Shown piece after piece: positions 27,693-39,387 of a DNA stretch of 64,000 nucleotides (within the stretch, counting starts at the first letter, position 1; each line of letters starts with the position of its first letter). Where the stretch lies: NCBI GenBank assembly GCA_965247095.1, contig OZ251997.1:672001-736000 (forward strand). Direction: 5' to 3'. This DNA comes from Candidatus Multivorans sp. (GTDB lineage: Bacteria > Acidobacteriota > Thermoanaerobaculia > Multivoradales > Multivoraceae). The notes below the pieces were generated by a model. It made no database searches. It was given only the letters and a program-made list of their open reading frames with translations, and was not told where the DNA came from. Both the position numbers and the translations under genes were made by a program.

Positions 27693-29393
27693 TTAGATTC
27701 GCCCGCCCATCACCACGTCGAGCAGGTAGGGGCCGCCGGTGGCGAACGCTTCCCGCACCGCGTCTTCGACTTCGGCCGGATCCTCGATCCGGCGTCCCGG
27801 CACCCCCATTCCGGCCGCCATCTCGACGAAATCGAGTTCCGGTTCGGTCAGGTTCATGTGCGGGTATGGCCGGTCGGCGGGAATGCCGAAGCGTTCCCGG
27901 TAGATGTCCATGTTGATCTTCAGGATCTTGTACTCGCGGTTGTGCAGGATCAGGAACACGATCGGCATGTCGTAGTGGGCCGCGGTCCAGAGCGCCTGGA
28001 TCGAGTACATCGCCGACCCGTCGCCCGAGAACACGATGACCGGGCGTTCGGGGTGGGCGAGCGAGGCGCCGATGCCGCCGACGAGGCCCTGGCCGATGCC
28101 GCCGCCGCGCGTGCCGCAGTAGCGGTCCGGCTCGTCGATGGGCAGGAAGCCGAGCAGGTCGCCGCCGGCGGTGATCGACTCGTTGACCACCACCGCGTCG
28201 TCGGGCAGGGCCTTGGCGACCTCGGACATAAGCCGGGCCGGCGACATGGGGGCATCGTCGAAGTGGGCGGCAAGGCGCTTCTGCCGACCGGCTCGATCGC
28301 CGGCGTTCGCGGTTCGCAGGGCCTCCATCCGGTCCGCGGCGCCAGCGCGGAAGCCGGCGTCGGCCGAGGCCTCGATCGCATCGCGCACGGCCGCGAGCCC
28401 GGCGCGCGGGTCGGCGACCATGCCCGCATCGACGGCGAAGTTGAACGAGAGGCGACTCGGCGAGTCCTCGATCTGGAGCACGGTCGCCTCCGGGTCGAAG
28501 GGTGGGTCGGGATCGAACCAGACCTCTTCGAAGAAGGAGCCGCCGACCAGCAGCACGACATCCGCGTCGCCGAGCGCGTGCCGGATGCCGGCGTGGTTGA
28601 GCGGCATCCGCGGCCGGAAACAGACGTGGCTTTGCGGGAAGTTCAGGCGGTGGACCAGACCCTCCGGGTAGACGCTCGCTCCCAGCAACTCGGCCAGGGC
28701 GACGAGCTCCGCCTGGCCATTGCTGCGGGCAACGCCGTCGCCGACCACGATCGCGGGCCGGCGCGCGCGCCGCAGTGCTGTTGCGAAGCGCTCGACGGCG
28801 GCGGCTTCGGGCTGCGGCGCCCGGTAGAGATCGCCGAGGGGCCGGGCCGCTTCCGTGGTCTCCTGCTCCAGGACGTTGATCGGCAGGGCGACGAACACCG
28901 GGCCGGCCGGCGGATCGTGCGCGATCTTGAAGGCGCGGTGCAGCACCGGCGCGAACTCGTCCGCGTGCTCGACCTGCACGCTCCACTTGACCAGCGGTGC
29001 GGCCATCGCCACCAGGTCGTGGCCGAGCAGGGGTTCGCGCAGCCTCGAGCGCGTGTCCTGCTGGCCGGCCGTGATCACCATCGGGCTGTTCGCCTCCCAG
29101 GCGTTGTAGAGCATGCCGAGACCGTTGCCGAGACCCGGCGCCACGTGCAGGTTGACGACCCCCGTGATGCCGGTCGACTGGGCGTAGTAGTGGGCCGCGC
29201 CCAGGGCTACGGACTCGTGCAGGGCGAGCACGTAGTGCAGGTCCGGATGGTCGCCGAGGCGGTCCATCAGGGGGCTCTCCGTGGTGCCCGGGTTGCCGAA
29301 CAGGAAGGGGACGCCGTACTCGGACAGGGCATCGAGCAGAACGTCACCGCCGCGCTTGGGGGTGTGTCGGGGACGGATCGCCGGCATGCTCAT
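27693..29393 (-). CDS. Thiamine-diphosphate enzyme, benzoylformate decarboxylase-like
   Basis: [26 protein letters not shown] and the ThDP motif [16 protein letters not shown]...HNREY. Confidence 0.88.
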   Translation of the reverse strand: MSMPAIRPRHTPKRGGDVLLDALSEYGVPFLFGNPGTTESPLMDRLGDHPDLHYVLALHESVALGAAHYYAQSTGITGVVNLHVAPGLGNGLGMLYNAWEANSPMVITAGQQDTRSRLREPLLGHDLVAMAAPLVKWSVQVEHADEFAPVLHRAFKIAHDPPAGPVFVALPINVLEQETTEAARPLGDLYRAPQPEAAAVERFATALRRARRPAIVVGDGVARSNGQAELVALAELLGASVYPEGLVHRLNFPQSHVCFRPRMPLNHAGIRHALGDADVVLLVGGSFFEEVWFDPDPPFDPEATVLQIEDSPSRLSFNFAVDAGMVADPRAGLAAVRDAIEASADAGFRAGAADRMEALRTANAGDRAGRQKRLAAHFDDAPMSPARLMSEVAKALPDDAVVVNESITAGGDLLGFLPIDEPDRYCGTRGGGIGQGLVGGIGASLAHPERPVIVFSGDGSAMYSIQALWTAAHYDMPIVFLILHNREYKILKINMDIYRERFGIPADRPYPHMNLTEPELDFVEMAAGMGVPGRRIEDPAEVEDAVREAFATGGPYLLDVVMGGRI

Positions 29394-29532
29394 GGCCGGG
29401 GAGGGTAACAGCCCCGACGGACGGGCGTTCGGGCGGCCTTGCCGACGTGGCCGAAGGCGCCTATCCGATGTTACGGTTAGCCCCTTTCGCGGCCGTAAAG
29501 GCGAATCGCAACGAGCCGGATGGAGAAACGGC

Positions 29533-31860
29533 ATGGACTTTGATGAAACGCGTAGGCGTGAAACGGTGAACGAGGTAGTGGAACGGCAGACGGCGTCCGC
29601 GGCGGAGTTCTTCGCCGACGAGCGCTTCAAGGGGATCAGGCGGCTTCATACCGCCCGGGAGGTCGCGGAGCAGCGCGGCACGATTCCTCAGGACTACACG
29701 GTGGCCCGGGAAACCGCCAAGGCGTTCTACGGGCGGCTGCGCGAGCTGTTCGAGCAGAAGCGGTCGATCACCACCTTCGGCCCGTACTCGCCGGGTCAGG
29801 CCGTGGCGATGAAGCGCCGGGGCATCGAGGGCATCTACCTCGGCGGTTGGGCGACCTCTGCCAAGGGCTCGATCACCGAGGATCCGGGGCCGGACCTGGC
29901 GAGTTATCCGTTGAGCCAGGTGCCCGACGAGGCCGCGCCCATCGTCCGCGCGCTGCTCACGGCGGACCGGAACCAGACGTTCACACGCTCGCGGATGAGC
30001 GAAGCCGAGCAGCAGGCGAACCCGCCGACCGACTTCCGTCCCTTCATCGTCGCCGACGCCGATACCGGCCACGGCGGCGAGGACCACGTGCGCAACCTGA
30101 TCCGCCGCTTCGTCGAAGTCGGGGTGCCGGGCTACCACATCGAAGATCAGAAACCCGGGGTCAAGAAGTGCGGCCACCAGGCGGGCAAGGTTGTCGTGCC
30201 TCAGGACGAACAGAACAAGCGCCTCAGCTCGGCCCGCTTCCAGTTGGACGTAATGGGTGTGCCCGGGATCATCGTCGCCCGCACCGACGCGGAGGCGGCC
30301 ACGTTCCTCGACGGCAACGGCGATGAGCGCGACCAGGCCTACCTTCTCGGCGCCACGAATCTCGACCTTCCGAGCTACAAGACGGCGACCCTGGCGATTC
30401 TGCGGCGATTGTGTGCCCTGGGCGCGGACGAGGTCCGGGGCCACGAACTCTACCAGGTGTCCGAGGCCGCCTACCACCGCGCCGACGTCTGGCTGGACGG
30501 CGTCGGTGTCTACGGGCTGCTCGAGTCTGGCTACCGAAAGCTGGTAGCGAGCGGCGGGTCCGACACTGAGACTGTGCTTGACGAGACGATGGCTCGCTTC
30601 CTCGACGCCTGGCAGTTGGAAGCGCGCCTGGTGACCTACCCGCGGGCGGTAGCGGACGAGATGGCGTTCCGCGAAGAAGAAGGCGCGGTGTTCGAACTCT
30701 CGGTCGAGGAGTGGTTGGAGTTCGCCCACTCCGTGTCGGTCGAAGAGGCGGCTGCCCGGGCCCGCAAGATGGGCATCAACCTGGTCTGGAACAGCGAGGT
30801 CGCGCGTACGCCCGAGGGCTACTACCAGATCCGGGGCGGCATCGAGTATGCGATCTCCCGTTCCCTCCAAGCGGCGCCCTACGCGGACCTGCTGTGGATG
30901 GAGACGAAAACGGCCGATCTGGCCGACGCCCGCCGCTTCGCGGAGGCGATCCACGCGGTCTACCCTGACCAGTTGCTGGCCTACAACCTGTCGCCGTCCT
31001 TCAACTGGGACACGACCGGCATGAACGACGAGGAGATGAGAGCGTTCCCCGGGGAACTCGGCAAGCTCGGCTTCGTGTTCAACTTCATCACCTACGGCGG
31101 CCACCAGATCGACGGCCTGGCCGCCGAGGACTTCGCCACGGCCCTGCGCGAGGACGGCATGCTGGCCCTGGCCCGGCTGCAGCGCAAGCTGCGCCTGGTC
31201 GGGTCGCCCTACCGGACGCCGCAGAGCCTGGTGGGCGGCACCCGGCTCGACGGCGCGCTTTCGGCCTCGACCGGCCACACCGCGACGACCAAGGCGATGG
31301 GCAAGGGCTCAACCCAGGCCCAGCACCTGATGCAGACGGAAGTGCCGCCGCGACTGCTCGAGGAGTGGCTCAAGATCTGGCGCGACAAGTACGGCATCGA
31401 CGAGTCTCTGCGCGTCGAGCTGCGGCCCCACGTTGCCGGCTCCGAGCTCCTGGAACTGCGCGTTCTGGCTCAGGCGGGGGGCAGTGAATCGAAGGCCGCG
31501 AACGTGGTCTTCGCGCCAATCCGGGACCGCCGCGAGCGGATGATCCTCTCGGTTCGCGACCAGAACACGTTCGACCTCGATCTGAGGCGCCGGCGTCTGA
31601 TGGCGCTGATCCACATCTTCCTGATCCACCGCTACGGTGCGGTGTGGGTGCACTACGTCAGTCCGACCGACGACAACCAGCACCAAACCCGGCGCATGAT
31701 CGACCTCGGCATCTTCGAGAGCGCGAACACCGAGGTTGGCGAGATCATCGTCGCGGCGGTCAACCGGGAACGGGTGCGGGAGCTCGCCGAACCGGACCAC
31801 GAGTCGCTCACGGCATTGATCGAGAAGACCGAGCCGGTGCCGGTGCGGGCCGCTTCGTGA
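29533..31860 (+). CDS. aceA: Isocitrate lyase, long ICL2-type with C-terminal extension domain
   Basis: [22 protein letters not shown] and [10 protein letters not shown]. About 775 aa, with a C-terminal domain ([26 protein letters not shown]). Confidence 0.93.
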   Translation: MDFDETRRRETVNEVVERQTASAAEFFADERFKGIRRLHTAREVAEQRGTIPQDYTVARETAKAFYGRLRELFEQKRSITTFGPYSPGQAVAMKRRGIEGIYLGGWATSAKGSITEDPGPDLASYPLSQVPDEAAPIVRALLTADRNQTFTRSRMSEAEQQANPPTDFRPFIVADADTGHGGEDHVRNLIRRFVEVGVPGYHIEDQKPGVKKCGHQAGKVVVPQDEQNKRLSSARFQLDVMGVPGIIVARTDAEAATFLDGNGDERDQAYLLGATNLDLPSYKTATLAILRRLCALGADEVRGHELYQVSEAAYHRADVWLDGVGVYGLLESGYRKLVASGGSDTETVLDETMARFLDAWQLEARLVTYPRAVADEMAFREEEGAVFELSVEEWLEFAHSVSVEEAAARARKMGINLVWNSEVARTPEGYYQIRGGIEYAISRSLQAAPYADLLWMETKTADLADARRFAEAIHAVYPDQLLAYNLSPSFNWDTTGMNDEEMRAFPGELGKLGFVFNFITYGGHQIDGLAAEDFATALREDGMLALARLQRKLRLVGSPYRTPQSLVGGTRLDGALSASTGHTATTKAMGKGSTQAQHLMQTEVPPRLLEEWLKIWRDKYGIDESLRVELRPHVAGSELLELRVLAQAGGSESKAANVVFAPIRDRRERMILSVRDQNTFDLDLRRRRLMALIHIFLIHRYGAVWVHYVSPTDDNQHQTRRMIDLGIFESANTEVGEIIVAAVNRERVRELAEPDHESLTALIEKTEPVPVRAAS

Positions 31861-34547
31861 TCCAGGCCGCCGGCCGGCAGGCCTGGACGCGCTCCGCCGC
31901 GGCGAGCGGGACCCTGTCGGCGGTCGTGGGTCTGGCGCTCGCGCTCTGGGCGCAGGTGCTTCCGGCGCAGGAGCAGCAGAAGAAGCAGCCGGAGGAACCG
32001 CCCCCGGTGGCGGATGCCACCGAAGGAGTGGCGGAGGCCACCGAGGGCTACGAGCACCTGCCCGGATTCCTCGACCTGTTCTGGGACCGTCGGGGCGGCA
32101 GGCTCTTCGTGCGCATCGACGCCTTCGACGCCGATCTGCTCTACATCGAGTCGCTGTCGGCGGGTCTGGGATCGAACGACATCGGGCTCGACCGCGGCCA
32201 ACTCGGGCGGACTCACCTAGCCCGTTTCGAGCGGGTCGGGCCGAAGGTGCTTCTGGTCCACCAGAACACGCGCTACCGGGCGCTCAGCGACAACGAGGAC
32301 GAGCGCCGCGCGGTGGCCGACGCCTTTGCCCGTTCCGTGCTCTGGGGCTTCGAGGTCGCGGCCGAGGACGAGGACGGTGCGGTCCTCGTGGACGCCACGG
32401 ACTTCGTGCTCAGGGATGCACACGGCGTGGCGGCGAGGCTCCAGCGGAGCGGCCAGGGCAGCTACCAGTTGGACGCGTCGCGGTCGGCGATTCATCGCGC
32501 CGGCGTCGCCGCGTTTCCGCGCAACTCGGAGCTCGAGGGCACGCAGACCTTCGTGCTGCGGTCGACCGACCGCGGCCCGGGCCGGTGGGTGAGCCAGGTC
32601 GCCCCCTCGCCCGATGCCGTGACGGTGCGGTTGCGGCATTCCTTCGTCGCGCTACCCGAGGCGGGATACGAGTCTCGCCCTGCGGACCCGCGTTCCGGTT
32701 ACATCACGACGAGCTACCTGGACTACGCGACACCGATCGACGCGCCGCTCGAGACGAGCTATGTCGTTCGCCACCGGCTGCGGAAGCGGAACCCGGGCGC
32801 GGTCCGGAGCGAGGCCGTCGAGCCGATCGTCTACTACCTCGACCGGGGCGCGCCGGAACCGATCCGGTCGGCGCTGCTCGACGGCGCGCGGTGGTGGAAC
32901 GAGGCCTTCGAGGCGGCGGGCTACATCGACGCCTTCCGGGTCGAGTTGCTGCCGGAAGGGGCGGACCCCCTCGACATCCGTTACAACGTGATCCAGTGGG
33001 TTCACCGTTCGACGCGCGGATGGTCGTACGGCAGTTCGGTCACCGATCCACGCACCGGCGAGATCCTGAAGGGCCACGTGACGCTCGGTTCGCTGCGCGT
33101 GCGCCAGGACTTCCTGATCGCTCAGGGCCTGACATCGCCCTTCGTGGATGCCGATTCGTCGACCGAGGCCCTGAGCGAGATGGCGCTGGCGCGGTTACGC
33201 CAGCTCTCGGCGCACGAAGTGGGTCACACGATCGGCCTCGTGCACAACTTCGCCTCCTCCGCCTCTGGCCCGGATGGCCGGGAATCCGTGATGGACTACC
33301 CCCATCCTCTGGCCACGCTGCGCGAGGACGGCACGATCGACCTGAGCGCCGCCTACGACGTGGGCGTCGGCGCCTGGGACGAGCGGGCGATCCTCTACGG
33401 GTACGCCGACTTCGCCGAGGGCGCGGACGAGGCGGCGGAACTCGACGGCATCCTCCGCCAGACGATCGATGCGGGCCTCCACTTCATCAGCGACGAGGAC
33501 GCGCGACCGGTGGGCGGCGCCCATCCACTGGCGCACCTATGGGACAACGGCCGTTCGGCGGCTGGCGAGCTGCGGCGCGTTCTGGCGGTGCGGCGGGCCG
33601 CCCTCGACCGGTTCTCTGAACGAAACGTCCGCGTCGGCGAGCCGCTGTCCGGGCTCGAGGATGTGCTCGCGCCGCTCTACCTGCTGCACCGCTACCAGCT
33701 CGAGGCGGCGGCGAAGGTCATAGGCGGTGTCGACTACAGCTACGCCGTGCGCGGCGACGGTCGGGCGCCGGTCTCCCTGTTGCCGGCGGCGATGCAACTC
33801 GACGCGCTTGACGCGCTGCTGCAGACGGTCGACCCGGTCGAACTGACCTTGCCTCAACGGATCGTGGATCTGATCCCGCCGCCCTCGCCGGGGCGGGGTC
33901 GTGGCCGTGAGCACCTGCCGTCGCGCGCCGGTCCCGCGTTCGACCCGGTGGCCGCGGCGGAGATGGCCGCGGACCTGACCTTCGGGATGATCCTGGACGA
34001 TGCACGCGCCACCCGGCTTGTCGACCACCGCGCCCGCGATGCGGAGCAACCCGGCCTGATCGGGATCCTCGATCGGCTGCTCGGGGCGACCTGGCGCGCG
34101 GATCCGCTGCCCGGCCTGGCTGGGGAGGTCGGCCGTGCGGCCGACGCAGCCCTGTTGCGGCGGCTGCTGGCCCTGGCATCCGGAACACCAGCCGGAGGCG
34201 CGCCGTCCGGCGTGCCGGCCAACCTGCTCGCCTCCGGGCCGGTCGTCTCCGGCGCCTCTCAGCAGGTGCGCGCCGAGGCGCTCGCGGTGGTGGTTGGACT
34301 GCGCGATTGGCTGGAGGCCAATCCGTTGCCGGCGGGAGGTCCGGACGCGGCCGAACGGGATCACCGATCCCATGCGGCGTGGCTGATCGGACGCTTCCTC
34401 GACGACCCACGCTCCGTCGCCTTGCCGCGGCCGCTCAGGGTGCCTGACGGCTCGCCGATCGGTTGCAGCGTCGGCCCCGGCGGCGTGGCGTTCGCGTCCT
34501 GGAGCGCCTGGTCCGGTTGGCTGTCGGGGGTGGCGCGGGCGCAATGA
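31857..34547 (+). CDS. Exported zinc-dependent metalloprotease (DUF5117/DUF4953, EcxA-like)
   Basis: GTGA overlap with aceA. Signal peptide, [12 protein letters not shown] zincin motif and SVMDYP Met-turn. Confidence 0.9.
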   Translation: MIQAAGRQAWTRSAAASGTLSAVVGLALALWAQVLPAQEQQKKQPEEPPPVADATEGVAEATEGYEHLPGFLDLFWDRRGGRLFVRIDAFDADLLYIESLSAGLGSNDIGLDRGQLGRTHLARFERVGPKVLLVHQNTRYRALSDNEDERRAVADAFARSVLWGFEVAAEDEDGAVLVDATDFVLRDAHGVAARLQRSGQGSYQLDASRSAIHRAGVAAFPRNSELEGTQTFVLRSTDRGPGRWVSQVAPSPDAVTVRLRHSFVALPEAGYESRPADPRSGYITTSYLDYATPIDAPLETSYVVRHRLRKRNPGAVRSEAVEPIVYYLDRGAPEPIRSALLDGARWWNEAFEAAGYIDAFRVELLPEGADPLDIRYNVIQWVHRSTRGWSYGSSVTDPRTGEILKGHVTLGSLRVRQDFLIAQGLTSPFVDADSSTEALSEMALARLRQLSAHEVGHTIGLVHNFASSASGPDGRESVMDYPHPLATLREDGTIDLSAAYDVGVGAWDERAILYGYADFAEGADEAAELDGILRQTIDAGLHFISDEDARPVGGAHPLAHLWDNGRSAAGELRRVLAVRRAALDRFSERNVRVGEPLSGLEDVLAPLYLLHRYQLEAAAKVIGGVDYSYAVRGDGRAPVSLLPAAMQLDALDALLQTVDPVELTLPQRIVDLIPPPSPGRGRGREHLPSRAGPAFDPVAAAEMAADLTFGMILDDARATRLVDHRARDAEQPGLIGILDRLLGATWRADPLPGLAGEVGRAADAALLRRLLALASGTPAGGAPSGVPANLLASGPVVSGASQQVRAEALAVVVGLRDWLEANPLPAGGPDAAERDHRSHAAWLIGRFLDDPRSVALPRPLRVPDGSPIGCSVGPGGVAFASWSAWSGWLSGVARAQ

Positions 34548-35770
34548 CCGGCGCCGAAGCCGCAATGCTCCGGCTTCCGGCCGCCGTCGCCGGCCTCTAC
34601 AGCGCCGGCGAGACGGCCGAACTGGTCGGTCTGCGCCGCGCGCTCCACGCCGATCCCGAGCTCTCGCTCCGGGAGGAGCGCACCGCTCGGCGCCTTGAAG
34701 AGACGCTGCACCGGCTTGGCGTTCGCGACGTCACACGTGTGGCCGGCACGGGCGTGGTGGGCCGGATTCCCGGCCGTGAGCCCGGTGCACCCACCGTCGC
34801 GGTGCGCGGCGACATCGACGCGTTGCCGATCCTGGAGGACACCGGCCTGCCGTTCGCCTCTCGCAACGACGGCGTGATGCACGCCTGCGGGCACGACGTG
34901 CACGCTTCATGGACGGTCGCCGCGGCACGCCTTCTCCAGGCCGAGCCCGCTGCCGGCGATGTGTTGCTCGTGCTCCAGCCCGCGGAGGAGACCGGCGAGG
35001 GCGCGGCAGCCGTGCTGGCGACCGGGGTCCTGGACGAGGTGTCGGCGATCTTCGGCGCCCACGTCGACCTGACCTTCGAGATCGGCCAGGCAATGATCCA
35101 GGCGGGCGCGGTGGGCGCCGCCGCGGACCGCTTCGAGGTCGAGCTTCTGGGGCAGGGCGCTCACGGCGCCAGGCCCCACCAGGGTCTGGATCCGATCGTC
35201 GGCGCGGCGCAGGTGGTTTCAGCCCTGCAGACGGTGGTTGCCCGGCGGGTGGCTCCCGACCAGCCGGCGGTGGTCACCGTCGGCGTTATGGAAGCAGGTT
35301 CAGCCCACAACGTGATCCCGGATCGAGCGGTGCTCAAGGGCACGCTGCGCTCGCTCGACCCGGAGGTGCGTCAACTGCTCGCGGACGAGGTCAGGCACGT
35401 CGCCGAATCGGTCGCCGCCGCGTGTCGGCTGGAGGCCCGGGTGCGGATGCTGCAGGGTACGCCGGTTGTGCTGAACGACGAGCGCGCCGCGGCTTGGGCG
35501 CGCGAAGCCGCGGCTTCGGTGATCGGCGTTGAGGCGGTCAAGCCGTTGCCGGTCGCCAACATGGGCGGCGAGGACTTCGCCTTCTACCAGGAACGCATTC
35601 CCGGCTGCTTCATCCGGGTCGGCGCCCGGCTTCCCGGCGATCCCGTCGTCGGCGCCCACACGCCGTACTTCGCGCCCGCCGAGGAGGCTATCTTCGTCGG
35701 CGGCGCCCTGCTCGCCGCCGCCGCGCGCCGCGCGTCAGCGGACCTAGTGACGGAGGCTGCTGCTACATAG
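34544..35770 (+). CDS. M20D family amidohydrolase (hippuricase-like)
   Basis: LHADPELS, RGDIDALPI, MHACGHD, QPAEE, GAHGARP and GGEDF. Confidence 0.92.
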   Translation: MTGAEAAMLRLPAAVAGLYSAGETAELVGLRRALHADPELSLREERTARRLEETLHRLGVRDVTRVAGTGVVGRIPGREPGAPTVAVRGDIDALPILEDTGLPFASRNDGVMHACGHDVHASWTVAAARLLQAEPAAGDVLLVLQPAEETGEGAAAVLATGVLDEVSAIFGAHVDLTFEIGQAMIQAGAVGAAADRFEVELLGQGAHGARPHQGLDPIVGAAQVVSALQTVVARRVAPDQPAVVTVGVMEAGSAHNVIPDRAVLKGTLRSLDPEVRQLLADEVRHVAESVAAACRLEARVRMLQGTPVVLNDERAAAWAREAAASVIGVEAVKPLPVANMGGEDFAFYQERIPGCFIRVGARLPGDPVVGAHTPYFAPAEEAIFVGGALLAAAARRASADLVTEAAAT

Positions 35771-35865
35771 TGAGCGTGAGTGGCAAGAAAACCAAGGATT
35801 GACCGCCCTCGTGCGTCCTATGGATGACTTGGAGTGGGGAACAAGCACACGCAAGGAGACGCGGA

Positions 35866-36606
35866 ATGAAAGAACCTGAAGCCAGGGTCCGTCGGATCAG
35901 GTATCTGGTCGGCTTGGCCTTCACGCCGGTCGTCCTCTTGGCGGCTTGCTCCGACTCCGCGACGCCACCCGCGGGCGAGATCCGCACGTCGGGCTTTGCG
36001 ACCGTCTCGGGAGAGCCGGACATTGCCGTTCTTTCTCTTGGCGTCGTGGCGACCCGGTCCACGGTCAGCGAGGCCCGGGACGCCGCTGCCAGCGCTCTCT
36101 CCGCTGTCGTCTCGGCCGTTCGAGGCGCGGGCGTCGAGGAAGACGATGTCAGAACCTCGTCCTTCTCGATCCAGCCGCGCTACCAGTACCTAGGGGACGA
36201 AGCGCGGTTCATCGGCCATGAAGTATCGAACATTCTCGCCGTGACTGTTCGTGACATCGCGGCCGCGGGCACCGTCATCGACCGCGCGGTTGCCGCCGGC
36301 GGAGCGTCCACCCGCGTCCAACACATCGGTTTCCGTGTGGCGGATACCGCATCGCTCGAGCGCGAAGCGCGGCGGCTTGCTGTGCAGGACGCGACCGAGA
36401 AGGCCGACTTCTACGCGGCGGAACTGGGTCTCGGCCGCGGCGCGATCCTCTCCGTGTCCGATCAGGTTGGCGTTCCCTACTCAGTCGTGGGGCGAGCCCG
36501 CGTGCAGCATCATGTGTTGGCCCAGACCGCGAGCACTTCCACTGAGTTCTTCGCCGGCGACTTCGAGGTAAGAGCTCAGGTAGAAGTGGTTTTCGCGATC
36601 GAGTAG
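35866..36606 (+). CDS. SIMPL (DUF541) domain lipoprotein
   Basis: AAGGAG RBS, lipobox LAAC, EPDIAVLSLGV, IQPRY and AVQDATEKA. Confidence 0.88.
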   Translation: MKEPEARVRRIRYLVGLAFTPVVLLAACSDSATPPAGEIRTSGFATVSGEPDIAVLSLGVVATRSTVSEARDAAASALSAVVSAVRGAGVEEDDVRTSSFSIQPRYQYLGDEARFIGHEVSNILAVTVRDIAAAGTVIDRAVAAGGASTRVQHIGFRVADTASLEREARRLAVQDATEKADFYAAELGLGRGAILSVSDQVGVPYSVVGRARVQHHVLAQTASTSTEFFAGDFEVRAQVEVVFAIE

Positions 36607-36651
36607 CGACTTTCGCAGAACTCGCTTCGCTGCGACCTGCGCCGCAGCCAC

Positions 36652-37305
36652 CTAGAAGGCGAAGACGAGGCCGGCGCTGACGATGCCTTGGAGCAGGTCG
36701 TCCCGGTCGGCGTCGTAGCAGCAATCGGAACAGCAGAGGTCCTCGTCACCTGTGCCGGTCACCAGTAGCCGTGCTTCCAGGCGCAGGCCGAAGTGGTCGG
36801 TGAAGAAGAACTTGGCGCCACCGCCCAAGCCGATAGAGAAACGGTTCTCGGTTTCGGGCAGGAAGTGGCTGTCCGGCGCGAGCCTGGTGATACCGGCGCT
36901 GAACGAGACGAAGGGGCGCAATTGGCCGATCGGCGCTGTCCAGGTGACGCCGGCATGGTAGTAGTTCACGTCCATCGCGCCGAGGTCGGTGACGCCGAGG
37001 AACGGTCCCTCATCGAGGCCGAATCTCGTGTCCTGCTCGTGGAGGAACAGCTCGAGGTGGAGATTCCGGCGGACCGGAAAGGCGATGACCACGCCGCCGA
37101 CCTTTGCGTTGTCGATTTCCAGGTCGAGGCGTCCGAACTCGTAGTCGTCGATCTCGAAGCCGCCGAAGAAGCTATGGCCGTAGTAGGGCGTGATCTCGAA
37201 TCGCGGCTTCTGCGCCGTGGAGGGCGAGCCGGCCGCAGTCAGCAAGGCGGCCAGTGCGGCGGCGACGGGTAGTGTCCTGTTCAGGTGACGGCGTGTCTTG
37301 GTCAT
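36652..37305 (-). CDS. Outer-membrane beta-barrel protein (OmpA/OMP_b-brl-like)
   Basis: Signal peptide, amphipathic strands, GGGAKFF..FGLRLEAR and C-terminal Phe. Confidence 0.85.
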   Translation of the reverse strand: MTKTRRHLNRTLPVAAALAALLTAAGSPSTAQKPRFEITPYYGHSFFGGFEIDDYEFGRLDLEIDNAKVGGVVIAFPVRRNLHLELFLHEQDTRFGLDEGPFLGVTDLGAMDVNYYHAGVTWTAPIGQLRPFVSFSAGITRLAPDSHFLPETENRFSIGLGGGAKFFFTDHFGLRLEARLLVTGTGDEDLCCSDCCYDADRDDLLQGIVSAGLVFAF

Positions 37306-37530
37306 CGTTTCTCCAATGAGGGGCTGAGAAACGAAGCTGCAAGTTTCGGGCCGGCGCTCGATGTGGTTTCAGAGAGGACGGAGCGGCGTGCTGGTGTCCA
37401 CTGGGGAGGTAGTCAGTCGACGTCACACACTTCAATGAGGAGCGTGCCGCTCCGCCCTGCTCCGGTTTACGCACGCGAAGTGACAGGGTTTCGGGGCGCC
37501 GCATCAGGTTGCGGCCCGGCGGCGCGGCCT

Positions 37531-38382
37531 CTAGCCGCTCTTCTTTTCCCGGTCCGGATGCCGCATCGCGGTGATGTTGAACCCGGCGTCGACGAAGTGG
37601 ATGCCGCCGGTGGTTCCCGCACTCAGATCGGAGAGCAGGTAGGCGGCCGTGGCGCCGACATCGTCGACCGTGATGTTGCGGCCGAGCGGGGCCCGTTGCG
37701 GCATGACCTTGAGCATGCCGCGCATGCCGGCGACCCCTGAGGCCGCCAGCGTCCTCACCGGGCCGGCGGAAATGCCGTGGACGCGGATGTTCTTCGGGCC
37801 CAGGTCGACCGCGAGGTAGCGGATCGAGGCTTCGAGCGCCGCCTTGGCGATGCCCATCACGTTGTAGTTGGGCGTCGCCTTGGTGGCCCCGTAGTAGGTC
37901 ATCGCGATCATGCTGCCGCCGCCGGTCATCAGCGGTTCGGCGGCGCGGGCGAGGGCGATCAGGGAGTAGCAACTGATGTCGAGCGCGGTGGCGAAGCCGG
38001 CGCGCGAGGTGTCGACCGTGCGGCCGAGCAGGTCCTCCCGGTTGGCGAAGGCCACCGAATGGACCAGAAAGTCCAGGCGGCCCCACCGCTCCGCGAGAGT
38101 GGCGAACACGGCGTCGATCTGACCGTCGTCGGTGACGTCGAGCGGCTCGACGATCGTGGAACCGATGCTCTCGGCCAGCGGCCGGACCCGGCGCTCCAGG
38201 GCGTCACCCTGGAAGGTGAAGGCCAGCTCCGCACCCTCGTTGTGGGCACGCCGGGCGATGCCCCAGGCCAGCGAGCGCTTGTTGGCTGTGCCGACGATCA
38301 GACCGCGACGGCCGGCCAGCAGCCCGCCGGAGGCGGCGGACCCCGGCGGAGAATCGACGGGTGGTGATTCGGGCGCGGTCAC
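37531..38382 (-). CDS. fabI: Enoyl-ACP reductase (NADH); start approximate
   Basis: [20 protein letters not shown], catalytic YNVMGIAK and [13 protein letters not shown]. Confidence 0.93.
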   Translation of the reverse strand: MTAPESPPVDSPPGSAASGGLLAGRRGLIVGTANKRSLAWGIARRAHNEGAELAFTFQGDALERRVRPLAESIGSTIVEPLDVTDDGQIDAVFATLAERWGRLDFLVHSVAFANREDLLGRTVDTSRAGFATALDISCYSLIALARAAEPLMTGGGSMIAMTYYGATKATPNYNVMGIAKAALEASIRYLAVDLGPKNIRVHGISAGPVRTLAASGVAGMRGMLKVMPQRAPLGRNITVDDVGATAAYLLSDLSAGTTGGIHFVDAGFNITAMRHPDREKKSG

Positions 38383-38488
38383 GGGCGGCGGGATTGTACA
38401 CCTGACGCGTGGCGTCCGGGCCTGCCTGTCTGGCGGGGGAGAGTGAAGGGCGGAAGACTGGATGCTGCGGCATGGTTGAATGCTGTGC

Positions 38489-39376
38489 ATGGTTTCGGTG
38501 CTCGGCATTGTCCTGGTCGTCGGCGCGACGCTGTGCTTCTCGTTGTTCGACCTGTTGCGCAAGAAGCTGACCGGACGACTGAGCGACGCCTTCCTGGTCA
38601 TGGTTCTGGCGCTGGGGGCGGTGCCTCTGTACGGCGTCTGGGTGGCAGTGCAGCCGCCGCCGGGCGTGACTGCGGCGTACGTCTGGCCGGGGCTGTTGTC
38701 CGTCGCCTGCAACCTGGGTGCGAACTACGGGTTCCTGCGTTCGGTACGGCTCGCGGGCCTGAGCGCCGTGATTCCCCTGCTGTCGCTGACGCCGGTGTTC
38801 ACCGGCCTGCTCGGGATCCCGCTGCTCGGCGAGCTGCCTGGGGCGCGGGAGTGGCTGGGCATTGCGATGGTCGTGGTGGGCGCTCTCGCGTTGCAACTGG
38901 GTGAGCGATCCGGCGATCGGGTCCGGCCCTGGACACTGGGTGCGGGCGCCTGGTGGATGATCCTGGTCGCCTTCCTTTGGTCGGCGGCGCTGCCGCTCGA
39001 CAAGCTGGCCACCGAGGCCTCGAACGCTGCTTTCCACGGCCTGGTCATGCACCTGGGCGTCGGCCTTTCCGTCGTCGTGGTCGTGGCTCGTGGCTTCGTC
39101 CAGGCGCCCGGCCGGCGCGGACGAGTCGGGTCCGGCGTCGGAGGCCGAATCTGGCTGCTGCTCCTTACCGCGGTCGTCATCGGAGCATTGGCGCAGGCAC
39201 TCCAGCTCCTGTCCCTGCAGCACGCCTGGGTGGGTTTCGTGGAGACGGTGAAGCGGGGCATCGGGTCGTCGCTGGCGCTGGTCCTCGGCCGCCTGTTCTT
39301 CGCCGAGCCCCTTACCGTCCGCAAGGTGTTGACCGTTGGCGTGATCGTGGCCGGTGTCGTGGTCATGCTCTGGTAG
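38489..39376 (+). CDS. DMT/EamA family transporter
   Basis: About ten hydrophobic helices in two repeats. Motifs [13 protein letters not shown] and FFAE. Confidence 0.85.
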   Translation: MVSVLGIVLVVGATLCFSLFDLLRKKLTGRLSDAFLVMVLALGAVPLYGVWVAVQPPPGVTAAYVWPGLLSVACNLGANYGFLRSVRLAGLSAVIPLLSLTPVFTGLLGIPLLGELPGAREWLGIAMVVVGALALQLGERSGDRVRPWTLGAGAWWMILVAFLWSAALPLDKLATEASNAAFHGLVMHLGVGLSVVVVVARGFVQAPGRRGRVGSGVGGRIWLLLLTAVVIGALAQALQLLSLQHAWVGFVETVKRGIGSSLALVLGRLFFAEPLTVRKVLTVGVIVAGVVVMLW

Positions 39377-39387
39377 CTTGAGGGGCT

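Noticed and set aside
27589-28986. Long N-terminal extension of the [2Fe-2S] subunit (695-aa ORF)
   Set aside because: It is an alternative frame overlapping the ThDP enzyme, Arg/Pro-rich and without motifs. The real start is near 27588.
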